Source of the DNA: Anaerolineales bacterium
Lineage (GTDB): Bacteria; Chloroflexota; Anaerolineae; Anaerolineales; UBA6663
Assembly: GCA_016789175.1 (NCBI GenBank)
Contig: JAEURK010000008.1
Span: 1 to 63,240 of the forward strand
Direction: 5' to 3'
Length of the DNA: 63,240 nt
Part shown: piece by piece, positions 1-8,513 of the stretch
Position numbering within the stretch: position 1 is the first letter of the stretch
Layout: the number at the start of each line of letters is the position of its first letter
Notes under the pieces: model-generated
What the model was told of the DNA's origin: nothing
Databases searched by the model: none
The model's input: only the letters and a program-made list of their open reading frames with translations
Position numbers and translations under genes: made by a program

Positions 1-62
1 CCGACATCGGGGTACATCGGGACACATCGGGACACTCCCGGTGTCTCCGTTATCATTGGCCC

Positions 63-893
63 ATGCTGTCTCACAACCCCACCGCCGCTCAACTCGCCGC
101 CCAGCTGGCCGGCCTGCCGGGTGTTCGCGCCGTCGTCCTCGGCGGCTCGCGCGCTCAGGGCCGGGCCCGGCCCGACTCAGACACCGACCTCGGCCTGTAC
201 TATGACGCGGAGGCGCCTTTCGACGTGGCCGCCGTCCGCGAGCTCGCGGCCCGTGTCGCCGTCTCTCCGCCAACCGTGACCGGCTTCTACGAATGGGGCG
301 CCTGGGTCAACGGCGGGGCCTGGATCCAGACCCCGCACGGCAAGATCGACCTGCTGTACCGCGAGCGCGGCCACGTGACCCGCGCGATCGCAACCGCCAG
401 CACCGGACACATCGATGTGGATTTCCTCCAACAGCCGCCGTACGGCTTCGTAAGCATCACCTATCTGGCCGAGACCGCGATCTGTGTTCCTCTGGCGGAC
501 CCACATGGTGACATCGCGGTGCTCAAGGCGCAGGTCGCCTCCTTTCCCGAGGGGCTACACCTGCGGTGGGCGAAGTCGGCGCTCTGGATGACCGAGTTCT
601 CGCTGATGCATGCCCGCGGCTACGCCGCCCGGGGTGACGTGTTGAACACGGCCGGCACCCTGGCCCGTTGCGTCATGCTGTTGACCCAGTCGCTCTATGC
701 CCTCAATCGCGTCTACTTCATCAACGATAAGCACGCGGCCGCCGATCTGGCCAGATTCGCGATCTGTCCGGTGGGCTTTGTCGACCGTCTGAGCGCCCTC
801 CTGGGCACGGTCGGCCAGGACCCGGCTACGCTTTCGCGCTCGGTTGAGGCGATGACCGTCCTGTTTGCCGAGGTGTCTGCGCTCGCGGCTTGA
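63..893 (+). CDS. nucleotidyltransferase-domain protein (Pol-beta-like NTase N-terminus plus helical C-terminal domain)
   Basis: 276-aa ORF. N-terminal VLGGSRAQG...DSDTDLGLYY fits the G-S/G...DxD signature of the minimal nucleotidyltransferase fold. TATCAT (51-56) lies 6 nt upstream of the ATG. Confidence 0.65.
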   Translation: MLSHNPTAAQLAAQLAGLPGVRAVVLGGSRAQGRARPDSDTDLGLYYDAEAPFDVAAVRELAARVAVSPPTVTGFYEWGAWVNGGAWIQTPHGKIDLLYRERGHVTRAIATASTGHIDVDFLQQPPYGFVSITYLAETAICVPLADPHGDIAVLKAQVASFPEGLHLRWAKSALWMTEFSLMHARGYAARGDVLNTAGTLARCVMLLTQSLYALNRVYFINDKHAAADLARFAICPVGFVDRLSALLGTVGQDPATLSRSVEAMTVLFAEVSALAA

Positions 894-928
894 TGGCCCT
901 GCACCCGTCGAAAAAGGGTTGGGGATGC

Positions 929-960
929 AAAAGAAAACGGCCCGCCAAATGGCGGGCCGT
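929..960 (-). terminator. intrinsic terminator closing the sortase operon
   Basis: 10-bp GC stem ACGGCCCGCC/GGCGGGCCGT (937-960) with a 4-nt loop, followed on the minus strand by TTTCTTTT (929-936). It sits just after the stop of the 75-aa ORF. Confidence 0.7.
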
Positions 961-984
961 CGCGCGTCCTGTTACGGTCGCCGC

Positions 985-1212
985 TCAGCGGATCACAAAC
1001 GTCAAGGCGATCAAGACGACGATGAATGTGCCGGCCAATAACCCGATTCGGCGTAGATCAGACACCGTATGCGAGTAATCGAACTGACCGACCGTGGTCT
1101 CGCTGACGCGAGCTTCGGTCTGGGCAGCGGCGACCGGGGCAACCACCACCGGCTCATAGTCCAACGGCACGTTCGGCGAGCGCAGTTTGCGCGCCTTGCG
1201 GATCTTACTCAT
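985..1212 (-). CDS. small membrane protein, translationally coupled to the sortase gene
   Basis: 75-aa ORF whose ATG overlaps the sortase stop (ATGA at 1209-1212). It has a single C-terminal hydrophobic helix (IGLLAGTFIVVLIALTFVI). No family recognised. Confidence 0.5.
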   Translation of the reverse strand: MSKIRKARKLRSPNVPLDYEPVVVAPVAAAQTEARVSETTVGQFDYSHTVSDLRRIGLLAGTFIVVLIALTFVIR

Positions 1213-2120
1213 GAACCTGTCCCTTTCAGCACACCCGTCACCACGATTCGATGGGTGTCAACCGCGTAAGGATAACACGAAATCAGGGTGATGGTCGGGC
1301 CCTCGGTCGGGGCCAGGACGCTGACCTCAGTCGGCTCAACCACCCGGGTCTCCATAATGACATACGTGAAGATCTCACTGACGGTCTGAACCTGCACCTC
1401 GTCGCCGGGCTGAAGCATATCCAGGCTGCGAAAGATCTCGCCGTAGATGTCGTTGTGGGCCGTGAGCACATGGTTGCCGGCTCGACCCGGATCGCCGCTG
1501 CCCAGGTGCTGGCCGACGCCCTTCTTGAGCTGCTCCCAATCATCGCCCTGCACGATCGGGGCGTCGACGTTGATCGCCGGGATCACGATCCGCTGCGCCT
1601 GGCGCGGGCCCTGGGTCGGGACGGCCGGGGCTGGCATCGCTTGCACCAGCGGCCGCAGGTGCGCCGGGATCTCGGCCTCGTTGGGCTGCGCCCCGCCCGG
1701 TGAGGTCGGCGGTGTATGCCCGGAGGGGAGCACCACGGCCGAGTACAACGGGGTGGGCACGATCGTGGGCAAGGCGGCCACGCTGGCAGCCGCAGCCGAA
1801 TCGGCCTCCTGGTTGAGACGCTGCAGGATCGATGAGCCACTGTACAACACATAGAGCAGCCCAAAGACCGCCGCGATCTCGATCACCAACAGGAGGCGAT
1901 CGAAGATCCTGCGCGCCAGGCTGACCGGTTTGCGAGGCGCCACCTGGCCAGGCTCCGGCGCAAAACCGGGCGGCAACTGCCCGACGGGCGTCCCGCCCAG
2001 CGCGCGGCCCGTCTCGCGATAATGCGCAAGGCGAGCTTCGCGGGCCAGGCGTTTCTTCTCCGCCAGGACACGTTGCAGCTCGTCAACCGAGAGGTCGTCT
2101 ACGGAGCGTCGGAGCTTCAT
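1209..2120 (-). CDS. sortase (membrane-anchored transpeptidase, class E-like)
   Basis: Track ORF 1209..2336 trimmed to the ATG at 2120 (MKLRRSV...), because the upstream part merely translates the 2152-2219 hairpin. N-terminal TM anchor LLLVIEIAAVFGLLYVLY. Catalytic His (VLTAHND), Cys (TLISCYPY, TLxTC-type) and Arg (THRIVVTG) are present. Confidence 0.85.
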   Translation of the reverse strand: MKLRRSVDDLSVDELQRVLAEKKRLAREARLAHYRETGRALGGTPVGQLPPGFAPEPGQVAPRKPVSLARRIFDRLLLVIEIAAVFGLLYVLYSGSSILQRLNQEADSAAAASVAALPTIVPTPLYSAVVLPSGHTPPTSPGGAQPNEAEIPAHLRPLVQAMPAPAVPTQGPRQAQRIVIPAINVDAPIVQGDDWEQLKKGVGQHLGSGDPGRAGNHVLTAHNDIYGEIFRSLDMLQPGDEVQVQTVSEIFTYVIMETRVVEPTEVSVLAPTEGPTITLISCYPYAVDTHRIVVTGVLKGTGS

Positions 2121-2151
2121 GTAACTTGTGATTCTACTTGAAAACGGCGGT

Positions 2152-2219
2152 GGCCGAAAACGAAACGCGATGCGGCCCGGGGCTTCGCCCTCGGGCCGCA
2201 TCGCGTTTCGTTTTCGGCC
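2152..2219. terminator. very long hairpin between the anti-sigma gene and the sortase gene (putative terminator/insulator)
   Basis: Perfect 28-bp arms GGCCGAAAACGAAACGCGATGCGGCCCG (2152-2179) and CGGGCCGCATCGCGTTTCGTTTTCGGCC (2192-2219). The apex GGGCTTCGCCC can pair further. Confidence 0.6.
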
Positions 2220-2229
2220 TGTCCTCCCA

Positions 2230-3066
2230 CTACGGTTGCATGGCCGCCAGGTCGGCCGGGGTGAGGGCCGGGTCGGTGGCGGAGAGCAGGTGCAGATAAC
2301 CGTCGGCTTCCCAAACGTGGGCGGCCTGGCCGTCACCGCCTGCCGAGATCGTGACGGAGTTGGCCCCGCCCGCGCTCGAGCCGTTCGTGCCGCCCACGAA
2401 TGGCCGACCCTCGCCGTTCAGGTCACCCACCGGCGGCAAAGCGCCGACCTCGGATTGTGCGCCGGGCGCGGGGTTGCATGGTTTGCCGTCCTCGGGGCCG
2501 ATGCCGATCGCGACCGGCTGATTGGGGTTGCGCCTGTACGTGATCGTCTCGCCGGCGGCGTTGGCCCAGGTCAGCACCAGCGTGCCATCACTGACCACTT
2601 CGGTCTGGGGTGCCAGCGTGTAGCCGGCTGGGACCTTCGGAAGATCGAGATCGTCGAAGCGCTCGCTCAGCAAGGTCGATTGGATGAACTCGCTCGTGGT
2701 CTCCGGGGCGATGGCGACGCCCATTAACTCGCAGCCGTCATCGCTCTGGATCGCGACCGAGTAGTCGTCTTGATGCACGATGGCATCGGTGTTGCCACTG
2801 GTCACCAGCTTGCCGTCGTCATCCACAGTGACGGTGACGCCGTTGAAGGTCAACAGGGCCTCGACGGCCGCGCGGGCTTCGGGCGAAACCACCAGGGTAA
2901 CGGCCGCCGCCAGGACGGCCACCAGCAGGGCCGGCAAAGCGGCCCGGGTCAGACGTGAAAACATGGGAGTGTTCCTTTTGGGTTGCGTGCTCAGACGAGC
3001 GGCGAGCCGAGTGACGAACCTCGGGTCTGGCTGCCGCCGGTGACGCTTGAGAAAGTCATCGTTCAT
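2230..3066 (-). CDS. putative anti-sigma factor (single-pass membrane protein)
   Basis: 278-aa ORF. Its ATG overlaps the stop of the upstream ECF sigma gene by 11 nt. It has a short cytoplasmic N-terminus, one TM helix (AALPALLVAVLAAAVTLVV) and an extracytoplasmic domain. The call rests on position and topology; the family is not securely recognised. Confidence 0.55.
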   Translation of the reverse strand: MNDDFLKRHRRQPDPRFVTRLAARLSTQPKRNTPMFSRLTRAALPALLVAVLAAAVTLVVSPEARAAVEALLTFNGVTVTVDDDGKLVTSGNTDAIVHQDDYSVAIQSDDGCELMGVAIAPETTSEFIQSTLLSERFDDLDLPKVPAGYTLAPQTEVVSDGTLVLTWANAAGETITYRRNPNQPVAIGIGPEDGKPCNPAPGAQSEVGALPPVGDLNGEGRPFVGGTNGSSAGGANSVTISAGGDGQAAHVWEADGYLHLLSATDPALTPADLAAMQP

Positions 3067-3601
3067 CGTGCACCTCCAGATCGCGCCGCAACCGTTGGAC
3101 GGTGCGGCTCAAGATCGTGCCGACATTCGACTCGGACAGGCGCAGTTGTCGCGCGATCTCGCGGTTGGTCAGGTCGGCGCCGTACTTGAGCGCGATCAGA
3201 TCGCGTTCGCGCTCCGGCAGCCGCTGGATGGCGGCCACCAGCAGCGCAAACGCGCGCTTCTGCTCGACCTGCTCCGTGAGGCTGTGCGGGTCGGCGGTCT
3301 GGCCAACCGCCTCCAAGCTCACCAGCGACGGGCTCTTCCGGAAGTAGTCGTGGGCAACGTTGCGAGCGATCGTGTACAGCCACCCCGCGAAGCCGTCGGC
3401 GGTTCCACGGAACTGGCCGCGGCGCGACCAGGCCTTCTCGAACGCCGTCGCGGTCAGGTCTTCGGCCGTCGCCGAGTCCCCGACCCGATACCGAAAGAAA
3501 TTGAAGACGCGCCCGACGTGCTCGCTGTAGAGCGCCTCCCAATCCATCGTTTCGGCGGCTTTCTCTCTGCGAAATGGCAGAACCAGGTTCATCTCACCCA
3601 A
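3056..3601 (-). CDS. RNA polymerase sigma-70 family, ECF subfamily
   Basis: Region 2 motifs (DLTATAFEKAW, WLYTIARNVAHDYFRK) and a region 4 HTH (REIARQLRLSESNVGTILSRTVQRLR). The track start is a TTG; the true start may be the ATG at 3547 (MDWEALY). Confidence 0.9.
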   Translation of the reverse strand: MGEMNLVLPFRREKAAETMDWEALYSEHVGRVFNFFRYRVGDSATAEDLTATAFEKAWSRRGQFRGTADGFAGWLYTIARNVAHDYFRKSPSLVSLEAVGQTADPHSLTEQVEQKRAFALLVAAIQRLPERERDLIALKYGADLTNREIARQLRLSESNVGTILSRTVQRLRRDLEVHDER

Positions 3602-3677
3602 TAAGACGCGGAATGGGCAAAGGTATCACAAGCGGATTCGGCCGCGGGATCCGCGGCGAAATGCGCGCGGCCAGCGT

Positions 3678-4625
3678 TCAGGGGATTCGATCGTAACGCC
3701 GCACCGACATGGCCTGCCCGGCGCGGAAGCCCTGCCGTGTATAGAAGGGCTGCAGCTCAGCATCGCAGACGAGGTCAACCATATAAAGGTCCGAGAGATC
3801 CGCCAGCATGACGCGGGTGAGCAAACCGCCGAGACCGCGACCGCGATGCTCGGGCAACACCTCGAGCAACGGGATGTAAGCCGAGAGCACGCCGTCGGTC
3901 AGGGCCGTGATGAAACCCGCGACCCGCCCGGTCTCCGGGACGCGCGCCAGCCAGACCCGATCAGACCCGGTCAGGATCCGCAGATGCGCCTCAGACGACG
4001 GCGGGCTCGGCCAGCCTTCGAAGAAACCGGTCAGGGAGGCGGGCTCGATCTCGAAGAGATGGTTCTGGAAAATGTAAGCCGGCAGCCAGTCGACGTTGAT
4101 GGCGCTCGGTCGAATGGCCAGAGCGGACCGGATGAACCAGCGCAGCTTCTCGAGGTCCTTGCCGGCCGTCCAGCTGTCGAGGATGACGAACGCCAGGTAC
4201 TGATCCCAATCGACGATCCGGTCCGCCAGTCGGCTCAGGCGCTCGACGTCGAGACTACCGGTGTGCACCCAATCCCTCCACAGGCGATACGGCTCGTCGT
4301 GCAACTCGAGCAGATTCAGCAGGTCGGGGTCATCCACGAACTCGGCTGCGAAATCGCGCGCCAGTTCTCCGTGGTCGCGCACACCCTTGCTGGCCGTGGC
4401 CTCGGGTTTGAACGTGTCGTGGACGTGGATGGCAAATCGCAAGCGGGCTTCGACAGCCGGATCGATCCGTGACCGGATCTGCTCGAGGTTGGCCTCGAGT
4501 GTGAGGATATGGGCCGCGATGCTGCCCTCCGGATGACCCGAGCGCGGCTGGCCGAAGCGGATGTTGGTCCGGTAGCGCGGATCCGCCTGCACGGCCGCCA
4601 GAGCAACCTCGAAATCGACCGGCAT
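3678..4625 (-). CDS. HD-like phosphohydrolase domain fused to a GNAT acetyltransferase domain
   Basis: The N-terminal half has His / His-Asp motifs (HPEGSIAAH, HVHD). The C-terminal ~110 aa has the GNAT acetyl-CoA loop (EHRGRGLGGLL) and tail (FYTRQGF). Confidence 0.6.
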   Translation of the reverse strand: MPVDFEVALAAVQADPRYRTNIRFGQPRSGHPEGSIAAHILTLEANLEQIRSRIDPAVEARLRFAIHVHDTFKPEATASKGVRDHGELARDFAAEFVDDPDLLNLLELHDEPYRLWRDWVHTGSLDVERLSRLADRIVDWDQYLAFVILDSWTAGKDLEKLRWFIRSALAIRPSAINVDWLPAYIFQNHLFEIEPASLTGFFEGWPSPPSSEAHLRILTGSDRVWLARVPETGRVAGFITALTDGVLSAYIPLLEVLPEHRGRGLGGLLTRVMLADLSDLYMVDLVCDAELQPFYTRQGFRAGQAMSVRRYDRIP

Positions 4626-4635
4626 GGGCAGGTTC

Positions 4636-5610
4636 TCAGTCCTCGGCCTCGGCCGGCGCCCGGCTGACCGAATCGAGGGCCGCCATCTCCTCGCCGCTCA
4701 GCCGCAGCCCGACGGCGCCCAGGCTCTCGGCCAGTTGGGCCGGCGTGTTGGCACCGATGATCGGCGCCGTGGTGTTCGGCATCGACAGCAACCACCCGAG
4801 CGCCATCTGGCTGATCGACTTACCGCGTGCGCGGCCTAACGCCTCGAGTTGATCGATCAGGGCGTAACCGCGCTCGTTGAGGTAGCGCTTGACGCTGTTG
4901 ACTCGGCGACTGTCGGGAAGCGCTTCACCGCGGCGGTACTTGCCGGTCAGGAAGCCGACCGCCAGCGGGCTGTACGGGACCACGCCGAGGCCGTACTTGC
5001 GCACCACGGCATAAGCATCGCCCTCGAACTCGGATCGATGCGCGAGCGACCAGTGCGGTTGTACGGTCACGTAGGCCGCCAGGCCGGCGGCGCGCGCCGT
5101 CAGGAGCGCTTCGACCAGTTGCCAGCCCTTGATGTTCGAGCAGCCGATATAGCGCACCTTGCCGGCCCGGATCAGGTCATCGAGCGCGCGCAGGGTCTCT
5201 TCGATCGGGGTATCGTCGTCGGGCCAATGGGTTTGGTACAGGTCGATCGCATCGATCTGCAGTCGGCGGAGCGAGTCCTCGCAGGCCTGGACGATATGCG
5301 CGCGGCTCAAGCCCTCGCCGTTCGGCCCGGGCCACATCCGCCCGCGCACCTTGGTGGCGATGACCAGTTCACGCCGGTTGCCGCGGGCGCGCATCCAATC
5401 GCCGATCACGGTCTCGGCCTCGCCGCCCTTCAAGCCGGGCGCCCAGGACGAGTAGATGTCGGCGGTGTCGATGAAGGTGCCGCCGGCCGCCACGAAAGCA
5501 TCCAGCACCTGCCCGCTGGTGGCCTCGTCGGTCGTCCAGCGAAACTGCATCGTACCCAGACAGATCTCAGAGACCTTGAGGCCGGTGTTACCCAGCGGGC
5601 GATAGTCCAT
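4636..5610 (-). CDS. aldo/keto reductase
   Basis: Track ORF trimmed to the ATG at 5610. [23 protein letters not shown] is a typical AKR N-terminus and AKR-like sequence runs throughout (DTADIYS, RYIGCSN). Confidence 0.9.
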   Translation of the reverse strand: MDYRPLGNTGLKVSEICLGTMQFRWTTDEATSGQVLDAFVAAGGTFIDTADIYSSWAPGLKGGEAETVIGDWMRARGNRRELVIATKVRGRMWPGPNGEGLSRAHIVQACEDSLRRLQIDAIDLYQTHWPDDDTPIEETLRALDDLIRAGKVRYIGCSNIKGWQLVEALLTARAAGLAAYVTVQPHWSLAHRSEFEGDAYAVVRKYGLGVVPYSPLAVGFLTGKYRRGEALPDSRRVNSVKRYLNERGYALIDQLEALGRARGKSISQMALGWLLSMPNTTAPIIGANTPAQLAESLGAVGLRLSGEEMAALDSVSRAPAEAED

Positions 5611-5622
5611 GAGGCCCTTTTC

Positions 5623-5664
5623 GATTTCTGATTGTTGATTGTGGGCCAAACCACAATCAACAAT
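5623..5664. repeat. AT-rich heptamer-array hairpin (GATTTCT GATTGTT GATTGTG / inverted)
   Basis: Perfect 14-bp stem ATTGTTGATTGTGG (5631-5644) / CCACAATCAACAAT (5651-5664) with a 6-nt loop. It fills the gap between the M42 stop (5667) and the AKR start (5610). Confidence 0.7.
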
Positions 5665-5666
5665 TC

Positions 5667-6668
5667 CTATAGCTCGATCGGTTTCGACAGCGTGGCGACC
5701 AGCAGTCCGACGGCGGCTTCGACGTCGCCCAGGTCGACGACCTCGGACGGCGCATGCACGTAGCGACACGGGATCGAGATGCACCCGGCCACTGCGCCGC
5801 CGCGCGCGAGCTGCATCTCGGCGGCATCAGTCCGGCCGCCCTCGAGCACCTCGAGCTGGTACGGCAGGCGGGCTTCGGTCGCGCGCTTGACGAGCAGATC
5901 GCGCAGCCGCGGATCGACCAGAAGGCCCGTGTCCTTGGCCTTGATCGCGGCCCCGGCCCCGAGCGCCACCGCCATGCGGGCACCGTTGGGCGTGTCGCCG
6001 GTAGCTGTGACATCCACGGCCAGCACGATCTCGGGCTCGAAGGTGAAGGCGGCCGGACCGGCGCCGCGCAGTCCGAGCTCTTCCTGAACCGTGAACATGA
6101 AGGCCACCTCGTGCGGCGAGGTCTTCAGCCGCCGAAGCGCCTCGATCAACACCGCGACACCCGCGCGGTCGTCAAGGCTCTTCGACATCACCCGGCCGCC
6201 GGGTAGTACCGTGAAAGCGCCCATGAACGCGCCAACATCACCTACCCGCACCGGCACGTCGGCCGCGCGCGCGACGCCAAAATCGACGTAGAGGTCGTTC
6301 AGGGTGGGGATGTGATCGGGCCGCTCACGGCGTGTCTCGACACCGATCGCGCCGATCGCGCCGTTGGTGAAGCGGACCCGGCCCCCGGCCGCATACAGCG
6401 GGCGCACACCGCCGACATTCGTCACCCGCACGAAGCCGCGCGCGTCGATGTGACTGACGATCAGGCCGATCTCGTCCAGGTGCGCGGCCAGCGCGACTTT
6501 GCGCCCGCCCCGGCCCTTGCCCTTGCGGATCGCGATCAGGTTGCCGAGCGGGTCAATCGTGACCGAGTCAGCCAGCCCCTGGATCTCGGCCCGCACCAGA
6601 TCGCGCACCGCGTCCTCATGGCCCGACGGCCCGTACACCTCGGTCAGCTTTTGGATCAACTGCTTCAT
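5667..6668 (-). CDS. M42 family aminopeptidase (FrvX/TET/YsdC-like), paralogue 1
   Basis: Trimmed to the ATG at 6668 ([18 protein letters not shown]). Metal-ligand motifs [25 protein letters not shown] and RYVHAPSE. Confidence 0.85.
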   Translation of the reverse strand: MKQLIQKLTEVYGPSGHEDAVRDLVRAEIQGLADSVTIDPLGNLIAIRKGKGRGGRKVALAAHLDEIGLIVSHIDARGFVRVTNVGGVRPLYAAGGRVRFTNGAIGAIGVETRRERPDHIPTLNDLYVDFGVARAADVPVRVGDVGAFMGAFTVLPGGRVMSKSLDDRAGVAVLIEALRRLKTSPHEVAFMFTVQEELGLRGAGPAAFTFEPEIVLAVDVTATGDTPNGARMAVALGAGAAIKAKDTGLLVDPRLRDLLVKRATEARLPYQLEVLEGGRTDAAEMQLARGGAVAGCISIPCRYVHAPSEVVDLGDVEAAVGLLVATLSKPIEL

Positions 6669-6727
6669 CGTAGCCTCACTCACCCTACCGGGAGACCGAC
6701 GGCGCTGCCGTCGCTCACACAGGTCGT

Positions 6728-7369
6728 TTATGGCGCCAGACGGGTTCGAGTCCACACTGCGTCTGCGCGCCGAAACAGCAGGCGGTCGTGCAAGCGGCCC
6801 GGCCGACCCTGCCAGAATTCGATCTCATCAGGCACCACGCGCCAGCCGCCCCACCCCTCCGGACGCTCGATCGCGCGGTCCGCGAAGACGCGCTCAGTGT
6901 CAGCGAACCGCGCTTCCAGTTCCGCCCGGGATGCCAACGGCTGACTCTGCGGCGATGCCCAGGCCCCAAGCTGAGCCTCACGCGGTCGTAACGCGAAATA
7001 GGCGTCGGACTCGGCGGCCGTGACCCGCTCCACCCGTCCGACGACGCGCACCTGACGCTCGAGCGCGGCCCAATACCAGACCAGGGCTGCGCGCGGGTTG
7101 GTCCCGAGCGCCGCCGACTTAGGGCTGGCGTAGTTGGTGTAGAACGTGAAGCCGCGCGAGTCGAGCTCCTTGAGCAGAACCATGCGCGCCGCGGGCAGCC
7201 CGTCGGGGGTCGCCGTCGCCAGCGTCATCGCGTTGGCCTCGACGATCCCGGCCGCGACCGCCTCCGCCAACCAGCGGGCGAAAAAAGCCAACGGATCGGC
7301 GCCGGCCCGCGTCTCAGCGAGGCCTCCGACGTGATACTCCTTGCGCAAGGCCTGAAGATCGCCCGTCAT
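6728..7369 (-). CDS. pdxH: pyridoxamine 5'-phosphate oxidase
   Basis: 213 aa. Full-length resemblance to PdxH, including the C-terminal WGGWRVVPDEIEFWQGRPGRLHDRLLF motif. Confidence 0.9.
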   Translation of the reverse strand: MTGDLQALRKEYHVGGLAETRAGADPLAFFARWLAEAVAAGIVEANAMTLATATPDGLPAARMVLLKELDSRGFTFYTNYASPKSAALGTNPRAALVWYWAALERQVRVVGRVERVTAAESDAYFALRPREAQLGAWASPQSQPLASRAELEARFADTERVFADRAIERPEGWGGWRVVPDEIEFWQGRPGRLHDRLLFRRADAVWTRTRLAP

Positions 7370-7376
7370 GGCCGCC

Positions 7377-8510
7377 CTACGCCGCGCGCATCGCGCGCAG
7401 ACCCGGCCACTCGGTCAGGGCGGCGCGCATCAGGTCGACCGAACCACGCCAGTCGGCCACCCTGGCCATGGCCAGCGGCCCGTGCAGATACCGCCCGGGC
7501 ACACTGATCGACAGGCTCGGGATGCCGCCGCGGCTGCGGTGGATCGCACCCGCATCCGTGCCGCCGCCGCCCGGTTGTCGGCGCTGGACGTTGATCCCGT
7601 GCGCTTCGGCCGTATGCTCGAGATAGCTCAACAGGCGACGATCGCCGACCGTGTAGTTATCGGCCACATACAGCGCCGGACCGGCGCCAAGCCGGGTGTT
7701 GTAGCGCGTGTTCTCGCCTTCGACCGCGCTGGGCGGCAGGTCGCTGGCGGGCGTGCAATCCAGCGCAAAGCCGACTGCCGGATCAAAGGCATAGGCCGCG
7801 ACCTTTGCGCCGCGCAGCCCGATTTCTTCTTGCACCGTGAACGCCGCGCACAGGTCGCAAGCATACCGCTCGCCCTGCAACAATTCGATCAGGGTGGCCA
7901 CACCGAGCCGATCGTCGAGGGCCTTGCCGCGGAGCGTCGTCGGGCGACGGGCCGAGCCGATCAGGCTGAACGAACTGGCAAACGTGCCGCGTTGACCGAC
8001 CGTGACCCAGGTGCGGGCCTGCTTCTCGGATGCGGCACCGATGTCGATCCGCAACGTGGCTGGGCGCACGACGGTCAGGCGGCGCTCACTGTTGAGCAGG
8101 TGCATCGGGGCCGCGCTGATCACACCAGGCACGCGCTCGGGCCCGATCCAGACCGGCTTGCCGATCCACTGTCGGTCATCCACGCCACCAACCACGTCGA
8201 AGCGCAGCGCGCCTTCGGAATCGACACCCGTGATCATGAAGCCGATCTCGTCCATATGCGCGGCCAGCATGACGCGCTCGCCGCGACCGCGGCCGGCCCG
8301 GCCCGACGAGCGCGCGCTCGCCGCCTTGACGGCCAGGACCGAGCCGAGCGCGTCGACCGTGACGCTATCGACGTGCGGCGTGATCGCCTCGATCACCAGG
8401 CGCCGGATCGGGCCTTCATCACCCGACACCGCGACGGTCTCAGAGAGCTTCTGCACGAGATCCAAAGTGGGGAGCGCCGGGTTTGCGCGCCGGCGGGTTG
8501 AGGCGGCCAT
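7377..8510 (-). CDS. M42 family aminopeptidase, paralogue 2
   Basis: Motifs AAHMDEIGF, ALDDRLG, VQEEIGLRGA and RYLHGP. The stop lies 7 nt before the pdxH start. Confidence 0.85.
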   Translation of the reverse strand: MAASTRRRANPALPTLDLVQKLSETVAVSGDEGPIRRLVIEAITPHVDSVTVDALGSVLAVKAASARSSGRAGRGRGERVMLAAHMDEIGFMITGVDSEGALRFDVVGGVDDRQWIGKPVWIGPERVPGVISAAPMHLLNSERRLTVVRPATLRIDIGAASEKQARTWVTVGQRGTFASSFSLIGSARRPTTLRGKALDDRLGVATLIELLQGERYACDLCAAFTVQEEIGLRGAKVAAYAFDPAVGFALDCTPASDLPPSAVEGENTRYNTRLGAGPALYVADNYTVGDRRLLSYLEHTAEAHGINVQRRQPGGGGTDAGAIHRSRGGIPSLSISVPGRYLHGPLAMARVADWRGSVDLMRAALTEWPGLRAMRAA

Positions 8511-8513
8511 CAG

